From positions 96,001 through 160,000 of IMG/VR virus record IMGVR_UViG_3300046522_000316: DNA of 64,000 nucleotides. One strand, written 5' to 3'. A program made the position numbers and the translations under genes. The notes below the pieces were generated by a model that was not told the DNA's origin, did no database searches, and saw only the letters and a program-made list of their open reading frames with translations. Below are positions 34,708 through 43,813 of this stretch, piece by piece; the stretch's first letter is position 1; each line of letters opens with the position of its first letter. Source of the stretch: a virus (Duplodnaviria > Caudoviricetes).

Positions 34708-37607
34708 TGAAGATGAAGAAATCGAAAGGGGGCTTATTAGTCCCCGACAAGCGCATCATGGTGGCGCAGGATAATCCGTTCGATTACCTTCTGAATTTGA
34801 AGGAACACGGACGGGTTCCCGCCCACGATGACATTGAACACATGGGCAAGTCCGCCGCATCCATGATTACAAGTCTGGATGTGGATTCGGAAATCAATAT
34901 TTCGAAAACCATCCGCGAATTGATGGACTCGAAAGTTGTAATCCCGAAGGACATGAAAATCGACGACGGCGATTTGCCAGTCGCGAAAAACTTTTACGAA
35001 TGGGTCACGCAAGACAAATTCGGCACCATCGGTGATGAACGTCCATTCCTCGAACAATTGATTTGGGGCCTGATCGGATTCAACGACGTTTGTTATCAGT
35101 GTTCCGATATGCAGTGGTTGTTGCACGACCACAAAGTTGACGACACGTATTCAAAACTCGAACGGAAAGTCGCGCTGCTGGAAGAGGGCGTGTGTCCTCA
35201 CTGTCACCGTGGGCGCTCTGAAGCCGTCAACGCGGGCGTGATGCCGTACTACAACGAACTGGCAATCAACGCCGGGCAGCGTTGCGTAATCGGCAGCACA
35301 CCAGTTCTATCGCAGCATGGCCTGCTGCATATCGACGAAGTTTATCCGGGGGCACCAAACGGATTTACTGAATTCGAAACACCAATTCACAACGGCCAAC
35401 AATTTGAAACCACGTCGCATTATTTCGTCGCTGAGCCAGAAATGGTTTATCGGGTTAATACTGCACGTGGTTTTGCTGTTACTGGCACAGCTGATCACCC
35501 TATCGACACGGAATTTGGTTTCGTGAAAATTGGTGAACTGGTGCCGAACACGCAGCTGGAAATTCACTACGGCCAAAGGATCTTCGGCCAAGGTGTGTTG
35601 CGTGATGCTCGCCAAATGGGCAGCAACTTTTTCAATACAATTCTTCCGCTGCGAATACGCACATCGTGCGAAGCGGATGTAATCAAATTTCTGCAAGGCC
35701 TCTTCCGCGAAGCGCGGCGCGTATTTGTGGGCACCGAAGCCCTACGCGACGTTAGCGCACTTCTCCTGAATGCTGGTTATCCTCACACGATTGACGGCCC
35801 AGCAATTCAACTCGAAAACGCCACGTTCGAAAATCTGAAAACAGATGCTTGGACTTCCGGCACATTCACCGATCAAATCACAGAAATTTCTGAGTTCGGC
35901 GTTCTTCCTACCTACGATTTCACTCTGCCGGAAACGCACCAGTTCATCACTGGCGGTATTCTTTCGCACAACTCCGGTAAATCCCACACCGTGGGCACGT
36001 ATCTAGCGCCCTATCACTTGCACCGATTGCTGAAGCTGCAAAAGCCTGCGCAGTTCTACGGCCTGTCGCGTACCACGATGCTGCAAGGCACGTTCGCGGC
36101 CCTGACCTACACGCAAGCAAAGGATACTTTGTGGACGCCGTTCTATGGCGCGCTCATTGAGTCCGCATGGTTCAAGCAATACCACGGGATGCTCAAGCAT
36201 TACGAAAACGTTTATGGCGAACGTCTTTTCAAACTGACGGATACCTTCGTTGACTACCGCGTTCGGGGACTCCAATATCACCCGATGGGGCCAGACAAGC
36301 GGGTAATGCGGGGACGTACTCGCGTCTTTTTCTCAATCGACGAAATTGCATACTTCGACGCTGAAAAAGATAGTGGCAAAGTGAAAATCAACGCCTACGA
36401 AGTTTACGATGCATTGGCGAACAGCTTGCTTACCGTGCGCGGTGCGGCTGAACAGTTGATTCAACGTGGCTTCGACGACGTGCTAAGTGCCTACGCGATG
36501 AACGTAAGTTCTCCGACCGCAAAAAACGACATGATTCACGTGCTGTTGGATCGTGCGAAAGAATCCCAATCCATTTACGGGATTCACAGGCCAACGTGGG
36601 AAGTAAACCCGAACTTCAAACGCACTTCCAAAGTTATTGTCGATGCATACCGCAAAGATCCGGAATCTGCTGAAAAGAACTTTGGCGCAAACCCTCCGCT
36701 TATTGCAAACCCATTCCTCGCGAACCATAAATTCATCATGGATACCGAGGACACGACAAGAAAGAATCCGATTCGACTTGTCACGCGTTTCAAGAACAGC
36801 AAGAAACTCGGCCAGTCGCAGATGTACGCGGAAATCGCGAAAATCAAGAAGTGTGGTCGGCCTTCCATTCTGGCTATTGACGCCGGGGAAAAAGACAACA
36901 GCTTTTCGATGTGCGGCGGCACCCTCGACGAAGACTTTAATTTAAACGTAGACCTTGTTTGCGAAATCATTCCACTGCCCGGCTATCGGATCAACTTTTC
37001 GATGGTTTATTCGGAAGTGATATTGCCAATCATGCAGGCACGTAACGTAAAGGTGTTGCTGGCTGACCGCTGGAACTCCCGAACGTTTTTGAGTGATGCG
37101 GAAGGCGATATGGGTGATCCGGACGACGATTCGGACACACCGAGTTTTATTGCTAAACAATACAGCCTGAAATACGTGGACATGGTGGGCGTCAGAACAC
37201 GAATGGAACAGGGCCAAGTCCGCTTACCCAAATCCGAAATCAAGGTTAACACTTTGATCGACGCAATTGATTCAAACTACCGTGAGTTCTACCACGAAAA
37301 ACCAGTGGCTCATTTGTACAAACAGATGTTTACCATTCGCGACCAATTAAAAGGTGTTGGTAAAGGCGATGGGTATACCGATGATAACTGGCGAGCGATG
37401 GCCCTGCTGTTGTGGGGTTTGATGGAAGAGGAATTTATGGCTCTGCTTATGGCGGAACCTATCAACATGACTCTAGCGCGCCCTAACGCATTGGCTGCTT
37501 CGAAACTTGGCGCAGGCGGTGGCGGATCGGTTGGCAATGGTGGCGGGGGCCTGACCACACAAAACGGCGCACCACTCATGATCATGAGTTCCGGTCGCGG
37601 TCGTTAA
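34707..37607 (+). CDS. Large terminase subunit containing an intein
   Basis: Walker A GQR|SGKS after intein removal, FSIDEIA Walker B, SSP, nuclease AIDAG and TDD. Confidence 0.88.
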   Translation: MKMKKSKGGLLVPDKRIMVAQDNPFDYLLNLKEHGRVPAHDDIEHMGKSAASMITSLDVDSEINISKTIRELMDSKVVIPKDMKIDDGDLPVAKNFYEWVTQDKFGTIGDERPFLEQLIWGLIGFNDVCYQCSDMQWLLHDHKVDDTYSKLERKVALLEEGVCPHCHRGRSEAVNAGVMPYYNELAINAGQRCVIGSTPVLSQHGLLHIDEVYPGAPNGFTEFETPIHNGQQFETTSHYFVAEPEMVYRVNTARGFAVTGTADHPIDTEFGFVKIGELVPNTQLEIHYGQRIFGQGVLRDARQMGSNFFNTILPLRIRTSCEADVIKFLQGLFREARRVFVGTEALRDVSALLLNAGYPHTIDGPAIQLENATFENLKTDAWTSGTFTDQITEISEFGVLPTYDFTLPETHQFITGGILSHNSGKSHTVGTYLAPYHLHRLLKLQKPAQFYGLSRTTMLQGTFAALTYTQAKDTLWTPFYGALIESAWFKQYHGMLKHYENVYGERLFKLTDTFVDYRVRGLQYHPMGPDKRVMRGRTRVFFSIDEIAYFDAEKDSGKVKINAYEVYDALANSLLTVRGAAEQLIQRGFDDVLSAYAMNVSSPTAKNDMIHVLLDRAKESQSIYGIHRPTWEVNPNFKRTSKVIVDAYRKDPESAEKNFGANPPLIANPFLANHKFIMDTEDTTRKNPIRLVTRFKNSKKLGQSQMYAEIAKIKKCGRPSILAIDAGEKDNSFSMCGGTLDEDFNLNVDLVCEIIPLPGYRINFSMVYSEVILPIMQARNVKVLLADRWNSRTFLSDAEGDMGDPDDDSDTPSFIAKQYSLKYVDMVGVRTRMEQGQVRLPKSEIKVNTLIDAIDSNYREFYHEKPVAHLYKQMFTIRDQLKGVGKGDGYTDDNWRAMALLLWGLMEEEFMALLMAEPINMTLARPNALAASKLGAGGGGSVGNGGGGLTTQNGAPLMIMSSGRGR
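35283..35972 (+). mobile_element. Intein (230 aa) with degenerate LAGLIDADG remnant
   Basis: Starts CVIGSTPV, ends TYDFTLPETHQFITGGILSHN followed by Ser; FLQGLFREA remnant. Confidence 0.92.
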
Positions 37608-37609
37608 AT

Positions 37610-37646
37610 ACGGCGCTCCATTTGGGGCGCTGTTTACTTTCTTTTT
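37610..37646 (+). terminator. Probable terminator after terminase
   Basis: ACGGCGCTCC / GGGGCGCTGT stem and T-rich tail. Confidence 0.6.
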
Positions 37647-37699
37647 GCTGGTGACTATTATGAAAACTTTGCATCCCAAGATTTTCGAGGAATTCCCTA

Positions 37700-38716
37700 A
37701 TGTCACTAAACCTGACGCAGTTCAAATGGTTTCAGTATGACGAAAAAGCGGCGGAACTGGTTTTCGATCAGGATCGCCACAACGAAGACTACGTGCTGGA
37801 ACTTCACCCCGGAAATATCTACGGTGTAAAGAAACGCGCACATGGCATTTTCGTCGTACACAAAAACAGTCCTGATATTCAGTTCTCGCTGAACGATCAG
37901 GAATACACGCGCATCGTTATGCATTCCAAGGGCTGGTCTGGAAAGATCAAGCGCCAAGAAGTGAAAGCGGGCGTCGGTGGACTCGACAAACCCGTAACCG
38001 AACTGCCTGCCGGTTGGGTTCGGATGGACGTTGATAGCTCCAACCTCAACACCGTTATTTACGACAAGAAACGAAAAGTTTTGTACGTTGCATTCCACAA
38101 CGGCGCGTCGTGGGCCTACGAGAATGTTTCGCTGAAAGAATACAAGGAAATGGAAGCCGCTGAATCGCGTGGCCGTTTCTTTATTTACCGAATCAAATAC
38201 GTGAAGCCTCAATACAAACTGGGGAACAACTTCGACCAACCGCCATACGACGTTGAGAAAACCAGCCCGAGCATTATGGTTCCGAATCCAGCCGAGAAAA
38301 ATAAACCGGTGGAAGAAAAATCTGTAAAGGAACCTAAGAAGACTGCGAAAAAACCGGCTGCAAAACCGGGTCACGCAGCTTTGAAAATTCCGAAGGGCGC
38401 ACTCGATACGTGGATGGGTTCTGAGGAAGGTTCGTTCGAGGATCACCACGTCGGCAATAAGCCACCTGATCACCACGTTTTTAAAATCTTGCAAAGCGGC
38501 AAGATCGAAAAAGAAGCTGACGTTTTCGCCCTGTTGAAATCCCTGAAGAACAGTTCGTTTGTGGCGGCAGATAAGCGCGCATTTAACACCGCCGCTAAAT
38601 CGCTGCTGTCGATTACCGACGAATATCCTTTCTCGGAAGCAGGCGTGAAAGAGTATCGCGCAGCACGCAACACGATTCTGGATATGATCAAGAAATCCGC
38701 ACTCAATTTTATGTAG
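37700..38716 (+). CDS. KTSC-domain protein
   Basis: SSNLNTVIYD...LYVAFHNG..WAYENV...Y..M..AESRGRFF. Confidence 0.85.
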   Translation: MSLNLTQFKWFQYDEKAAELVFDQDRHNEDYVLELHPGNIYGVKKRAHGIFVVHKNSPDIQFSLNDQEYTRIVMHSKGWSGKIKRQEVKAGVGGLDKPVTELPAGWVRMDVDSSNLNTVIYDKKRKVLYVAFHNGASWAYENVSLKEYKEMEAAESRGRFFIYRIKYVKPQYKLGNNFDQPPYDVEKTSPSIMVPNPAEKNKPVEEKSVKEPKKTAKKPAAKPGHAALKIPKGALDTWMGSEEGSFEDHHVGNKPPDHHVFKILQSGKIEKEADVFALLKSLKNSSFVAADKRAFNTAAKSLLSITDEYPFSEAGVKEYRAARNTILDMIKKSALNFM

Positions 38717-38723
38717 GAAGAAA

Positions 38724-39362
38724 ATGCCAATCCTAGCCGATGCACTGGTTGAGCCAATCAAAGAAGACGAAGGCCGTTATTTGCAGATGATTGCAGACGG
38801 CGACCTTGAAGAGTCCGAGCCATTTGGTTTTATGGGAATCGGATACAAACTTTACGTGGGCACTGATCGTTACGTTCCGGGCCTGTCGAACTGTCGGTTG
38901 GTCGTCCTGTTCAAAGGCGAAGATTGTGTTTATTCCTGCTATTTCAAAATGGCGGAAAACCAATACTTCGGAAATCGCGTGGTGCAGGTTGAGGTTCGGC
39001 AGTCTCCATCGTTGCCGGGCCTTGCGCGTTCCATGATGCGCAATTATTTCCTGCGTTTTTATGATTCGATTCGCACGGATCTTTCAAGCACACCGCAAGG
39101 CCGCAATATGTGGCAGCAGTTCTACACGGATTATCGGAAAGCCGGTGACGTGTATTTTTATCAAGGGTTGGTAAATATCGACCTGCGCAAATCGGACGGG
39201 TCGAATAATCAAGATGCATCCTGTCCAGAGGTGGTAACTCACTTGCGCGCCATGCGCAACGCCTGCACCGTACTGCGTGAAGGGATGTGGCACGACAATA
39301 AAGAGGGTAACGTTATTGTTATCTACGCATCCAACAAACCTCTATGGACAAAAGATCAATGA
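38724..39362 (+). CDS. Hypothetical protein, possibly GNAT-like fold
   Basis: VQVEVRQ...GLARSMM...STPQGRNMW. Confidence 0.5.
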   Translation: MPILADALVEPIKEDEGRYLQMIADGDLEESEPFGFMGIGYKLYVGTDRYVPGLSNCRLVVLFKGEDCVYSCYFKMAENQYFGNRVVQVEVRQSPSLPGLARSMMRNYFLRFYDSIRTDLSSTPQGRNMWQQFYTDYRKAGDVYFYQGLVNIDLRKSDGSNNQDASCPEVVTHLRAMRNACTVLREGMWHDNKEGNVIVIYASNKPLWTKDQ

Positions 39363-41299
39363 AACTACGAAAAACGAACCGGGTTCCAATCGGTCAAGCG
39401 CCAGCTAATCGCGCCCCGCAAGCGATGGGTACTGCAAAGCAGTATTACCCGAAAACCAATCAGCAAAAGATTGACGATTATCTGGCAACGGCAGGCAGCG
39501 GCGGCAACGCGCAAATGTCTCAGATGCCGATTGAAATCGACATTGATCCGATGCTGAAAGATATCGTGTTTTCCGAAGACCTTGAACAGAAAAAACTGGT
39601 CATGCGGATTTACACGGACATGTATTACAACGATTCCATCGGCGGTTCCATTGTCGATATCAAATCGCAGCTGATGTTCTCCGACTTCACCATTTCCGGA
39701 ATCATGGATCGCCGGGTGATGGATGATTTCATGGAAAACGTTGATCGTCTGGATATCCGCAACCTGATGCCCGACGTGGCAATCGACTACAACGTAAAAG
39801 GCGGTTTCATCGGATCGCTTTTGTACAACGAAAAATCGCAAGTGTTCTCGCGGATCATGCCGCACGCGTATGAAAACACAAAGATCGACATGCTGCCTTT
39901 CCACGGCACCGATCCGCTGATCACTGTAGCGTTTCCCGAATACATCCGGGCGACCATGGCTTCCGATAGTCCGCGTGTAAAAGCACTGCGTGAATTCCTC
40001 GGCGCCGACGTGATGAAACAGCTTTCGAACGAAGCGTTAGAACTCGACCAGAAATCCACCGTTTACGTTCCGCGCCGTTCCGGTTCCAGTTCAACGGGCA
40101 CCAGTTATTACCGTCGAATCATGCCGTGGTATTTGCTGGAGAAAAACCTTTTCCGTGGCACGTTGGTACGAAGTGCAATGCGTCAAAAGGGTATTCTGCA
40201 CGTAACGCTCGACGGCGCTGGCGAATGGGAACCAACACTGGCCGACATGCAGGCCGTGATGGATATGTTCATGAACGCCGATGCTGACCCGGTAGGCGCC
40301 GTGGTTGCAACGCGTGGCGGTATTTCCACTGAGGAAATTCGTGACCCACAAGGCGGTTGGACAATCTTCGATAACAAAGATGCAATCGACTCGATTAAAA
40401 TGAAAGCACTCGGTATTTCCGATGCATTCCTTTCGGGTGACGCGACTTATGCGAACGGCGATACTTCGACCTCTTTCTTTATCGACGCAATTCGTACCGA
40501 ACGTGATTGGCTGACCCGCAAGACTTTGTACAGCCGCATTTTCCCGATGATTTCCGCGTTGAAAGGCTACACGCTGAACCGCGACGGGAAATTGATTACT
40601 CGCGGTAACAGCCTCGACAAACTCGATCCAATGGGCAGTTTCGAACGACTCAACGACGGCACCCGTTTGTTGATTCCGACGATCCATTGGGAAAAGACTT
40701 TGCAGCCTGAAGGCGATCAGCAATACATGGATATGCTGCAAGCCATGTCGGATAAAGGCGTACCGGTTCCACTGCGCGTTATGGCGGCAGCTGGTGGCCT
40801 GAACCTTGACCGTTTGTTGGCCGGTCAGGATTCCGATTTGTTGGCGCAAGAATCGCTTTATCAATACCAAAAGAAAATCAAAGATTTGAAAAAGAAATAC
40901 GGTATTGATGACGCTGGCGATATGGGCGGCGGTGGCATGGGCGGTGGCGGTTTCGCTTCTACTGCATCCAGCTACGATCAGCAATTGATGCACATGGCCC
41001 GCACTAATCCCGGTTTGTTCGAAGCATTCCGCGCACAGGCACAATCCATTTATAACCAGAACCTCGACAATACGCATTCCGATGTATTGGCCCGCAACAA
41101 TGGTCAAATCGTTGGTTTGGCGAATCGCGAATTCGGTGAAATGGGCGATGCTTACGGCTATTCGCATGACGGCAAAAAGAAACATTTGACCAATCAAAAG
41201 TTGGCGAAAGAACGTCAGAACGAAAAGATCGTTAAATTCCTTCGGGATCGTGATGCTCGTACCGGCGTCGGTGCAAAGCGTTCGCGCACTCGTTTGTAA
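39359..41299 (+). CDS. Portal protein
   Basis: Follows terminase; KALGISDAFLSGDATYAN...FF...R..L pattern typical of portals. Confidence 0.65.
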   Translation: MKLRKTNRVPIGQAPANRAPQAMGTAKQYYPKTNQQKIDDYLATAGSGGNAQMSQMPIEIDIDPMLKDIVFSEDLEQKKLVMRIYTDMYYNDSIGGSIVDIKSQLMFSDFTISGIMDRRVMDDFMENVDRLDIRNLMPDVAIDYNVKGGFIGSLLYNEKSQVFSRIMPHAYENTKIDMLPFHGTDPLITVAFPEYIRATMASDSPRVKALREFLGADVMKQLSNEALELDQKSTVYVPRRSGSSSTGTSYYRRIMPWYLLEKNLFRGTLVRSAMRQKGILHVTLDGAGEWEPTLADMQAVMDMFMNADADPVGAVVATRGGISTEEIRDPQGGWTIFDNKDAIDSIKMKALGISDAFLSGDATYANGDTSTSFFIDAIRTERDWLTRKTLYSRIFPMISALKGYTLNRDGKLITRGNSLDKLDPMGSFERLNDGTRLLIPTIHWEKTLQPEGDQQYMDMLQAMSDKGVPVPLRVMAAAGGLNLDRLLAGQDSDLLAQESLYQYQKKIKDLKKKYGIDDAGDMGGGGMGGGGFASTASSYDQQLMHMARTNPGLFEAFRAQAQSIYNQNLDNTHSDVLARNNGQIVGLANREFGEMGDAYGYSHDGKKKHLTNQKLAKERQNEKIVKFLRDRDARTGVGAKRSRTRL

Positions 41300-41317
41300 T
41301 TTATTCATAGCAGCCAA

Positions 41318-41329
41318 AAACTGTAAATA
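41318..41329 (+). promoter_or_regulatory. AAACTGTAAATA candidate phage promoter (this copy precedes the candidate RNA)
   Basis: Exact copies start at 5298, 6683, 13390, 13741, 14406, 15408, 22927, 23778, 29309, 41318; ...AAATC variants at 11740, 15445; all on +. Confidence 0.7.
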
Positions 41330-41333
41330 ATGT

Positions 41334-41542
41334 ACAAGGAGTTGAGAAACGTTCGACACTAGCCAGACCAAAGGGTTGGGGATCGGGTAACGACGCTACG
41401 GGCTTAGCTGGCCATTACATGATAGTCGTTGCCCACTTGACCGATAATGATATGTGGAACGTTCTCTCAATTTCTCCTTTGTTCAGGCAAAGGTGGTACA
41501 ACCCAACCGCGCCCTGTGAGCAATTGCACGGCGCGGTTTTTT
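41334..41542 (+). ncRNA. Candidate structured small RNA
   Basis: Long-range stem 41334-41354 with 41457-41482, inner stem 41385-41394 with 41425-41434; bounded by promoter motif and terminator. Confidence 0.5.
41505..41542 (+). terminator. Rho-independent terminator
   Basis: AACCGCGCC / GGCGCGGTT stem then T-tract. Confidence 0.75.
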
Positions 41543-41560
41543 CGTTTCTGGAGCCGAAAT

Positions 41561-41860
41561 ATGTGGGACGAATTAACACACGAAGAACAACTGAATTTTC
41601 TGATTGAATTGTGCGGAACATCTAGCGGATATCCGACGATTGATCACGAACTGGTTTTCCTGTGCGAAGCGGTATTGAATACCAAACAGCGCCGGGAATA
41701 CGTGGATCACATGAGCGGCACAATTGCCGATCACACCTATCGCCGGATTGATCCTGAACACCCGGACGCCGCGACTCAGTATTACTTCAACATGATGCAC
41801 GCTGCTGTTGAATTGCGTGCGAAAATGATTTGGTGTGCTGCAACAGGGAACGAACCGTAA
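41561..41860 (+). CDS. Hypothetical protein
   Basis: GGAG RBS then ATG 41561. Confidence 0.7.
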   Translation: MWDELTHEEQLNFLIELCGTSSGYPTIDHELVFLCEAVLNTKQRREYVDHMSGTIADHTYRRIDPEHPDAATQYYFNMMHAAVELRAKMIWCAATGNEP

Positions 41861-42636
41861 TGGCTGGTTCACCGATTAACTCGACAAAGCATTTGCAACG
41901 TCAGGGCCTCGATTCGAAAATCATTCACGCGGGCGTTGTGGTGGATAACCTCGACCCGCGAAAGAATTGCCGTGTGCGTGTGCGTATTCCCGGTATTTTC
42001 CCTGACACAATCCCCGACAATCATTTGCCGTGGGCATTGCCAATGAATCAGGACTACACGACCGACGACGATAAGCCGACGCGTTCCGGATTCCAGAACG
42101 TTCCTCCAGTCGGTGCAAAGGTTGGTGTGCGCTTCCCTAAAGGCGATCCACACAAGCCGGAATTAGCGCCGTATCCCGGTGATAAAAAGACGATTTCTTC
42201 GATTGCAAATACCAACTATCCGTTCCGCATGGTTATGGAATTGGAGAACGGTTGCGCAATCGTGGCCGACAAGAAAACGAACGAAGTATTCGTCACCAAT
42301 CCGGGCGATGCGCACTTTGTTTTCCTCGGTGATTACAGCAAAACAATCGTTGGTTCCTGCACCGAAATCATCACTGGATCGAAAGGCGATGTGCCCGGTT
42401 ATTTGACCAATGCCAGCAATACCAAAATCAGCGAGATTCAAGAAAAGTCGGCTGGTGGTGTGAGCAAAGGCAAAGGCAATAAATTCGAAAAGATCACCGG
42501 CAATTACACGCTGGAAATCGGTGGCAATCGCACGGTGAAAGTGAACGGCAATGACCAATTAACTGTTGGCCGTAACCGTGATGAAAAAGTCGGCGGCAAC
42601 CACAAAATTCAATCCTCCCGTTCTGATACGAACTGA
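41860..42636 (+). CDS. Baseplate hub/spike protein (T4 gp5 / VgrG-like)
   Basis: GVVVDNLDP...RVRVRIPG...LPWA OB-fold; C-terminal VxGNxTxxVxGN beta-helix repeats. Confidence 0.9.
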   Translation: MAGSPINSTKHLQRQGLDSKIIHAGVVVDNLDPRKNCRVRVRIPGIFPDTIPDNHLPWALPMNQDYTTDDDKPTRSGFQNVPPVGAKVGVRFPKGDPHKPELAPYPGDKKTISSIANTNYPFRMVMELENGCAIVADKKTNEVFVTNPGDAHFVFLGDYSKTIVGSCTEIITGSKGDVPGYLTNASNTKISEIQEKSAGGVSKGKGNKFEKITGNYTLEIGGNRTVKVNGNDQLTVGRNRDEKVGGNHKIQSSRSDTN

Positions 42637-42644
42637 GGCCCACT

Positions 42645-43265
42645 ATGCCAACTCCAATTGCTTCGCGATTCACGCGCACAGGCGATACCTATCTGCTGGA
42701 AGATACCGATCTGGCCGGTGGTTATCGCAGCGTTTCAACAATTGCAGCACGCGACAATATTCCGCTTAGCGCCCGGCGTATCGGTATGGCCGTTTATTGC
42801 ATTGCGGATAAAACCGAATATTTGCTGCTGAATGCGTTGACCAATGCAAGCTGGTCACAACGCCCGTTGTTCAGCGGCAAGGCCCATGCTGTGGCACAGG
42901 TTGTGGCGGTCAATCCATTGCAGCAATACACGCCGCTGACGTTTGAACAATACGCAATGGCAAAGGTGCGCGAATGGTTTAACGGCCTACCGGCTGCAAA
43001 TCGCGTACTGAATAAACCGATCTATTATTTCAAGATCGTTTGTGGAACAGGCACTGCTTCGCTGGCAGCTGGAACCATTCTCCCGCCGCCTGCTGAATAC
43101 ATCGGTGACGCGACTTTCATTTACGACAATGCGGCCAATACGCTTCCGGTAATTCTGGATAATGCGGCATTGGTTTGTATTTCGAAAACGTTGGTGCCAC
43201 TCGGTGACGCAGTAATTCGGGCGATGGACGAATACGCCGACCGTAAAGCAGCGGAGAACCCTTAA
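42645..43265 (+). CDS. Probable virion/tail-associated protein
   Basis: N-terminal LEDTDLAGGYRSV...RDNIPLSARRIGM shared with 43803. Confidence 0.55.
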   Translation: MPTPIASRFTRTGDTYLLEDTDLAGGYRSVSTIAARDNIPLSARRIGMAVYCIADKTEYLLLNALTNASWSQRPLFSGKAHAVAQVVAVNPLQQYTPLTFEQYAMAKVREWFNGLPAANRVLNKPIYYFKIVCGTGTASLAAGTILPPPAEYIGDATFIYDNAANTLPVILDNAALVCISKTLVPLGDAVIRAMDEYADRKAAENP

Positions 43266-43444
43266 TGGCAAACGTTGAATACACGCGCACGTTTCTTTCT
43301 GGTGAATTGCTGGCAGGTAATCGCCGTTCCGATCCCCACGGCGTGCGTTGGATTAAAGAACCAATTCCTACACAACAAAAACACAAGATGACTCGACAGG
43401 TTGGGCGTTACCTTTCTGATGACCCATCAACCTATTTGAAATAA
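43265..43444 (+). CDS. 59 aa hypothetical protein (below ORF-track cutoff)
   Basis: TAATG-coupled; stop just before terminator. Confidence 0.6.
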   Translation: MANVEYTRTFLSGELLAGNRRSDPHGVRWIKEPIPTQQKHKMTRQVGRYLSDDPSTYLK

Positions 43445-43465
43445 CCCACTTAATCGTGGGTTTTT
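43443..43465 (+). terminator. Rho-independent terminator
   Basis: AACCCAC-ttaatc-GTGGGTT-TTT. Confidence 0.65.
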
Positions 43466-43495
43466 GTGTTTTCCCGCTAATTTAATGGTAAGTTT

Positions 43496-43813
43496 ATGAC
43501 TAAACTATTCGAACCACGTGTGCTTGGTGCAGGCATTACAATTGAGGAAAAGCCAACGCAGCCAAACCATGGCGCTCGGCTGGTGGACGTTCAGAGCTAT
43601 GCCACGATTACGAAGGCGACACTGACCAACGTATTAGAGGTGTTGATTCCTGTTCGTTCTCCGGATTATATCGTTCAGTGTTTTGATCAAACGAAACATA
43701 TCTTTTATCCGGATAGTGTCCAAGAAGTCGGAGAGAATATCGAGATTAAATTCCTCGAACCTCAATCCGGCGAAGTAAGGGTGCTGTTCGTCGGAGGCGA
43801 CAGTGGCGACTAA
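43496..43813 (+). CDS. Hypothetical, probably structural
   Basis: Beta-rich 105 aa ORF among tail genes. Confidence 0.65.
   Translation: MTKLFEPRVLGAGITIEEKPTQPNHGARLVDVQSYATITKATLTNVLEVLIPVRSPDYIVQCFDQTKHIFYPDSVQEVGENIEIKFLEPQSGEVRVLFVGGDSGD

Noticed and set aside
41419-41607. 62 aa ORF in the post-portal gap
   Set aside because: No RBS, atypical codons, crosses a terminator and overlaps the better ORF at 41561
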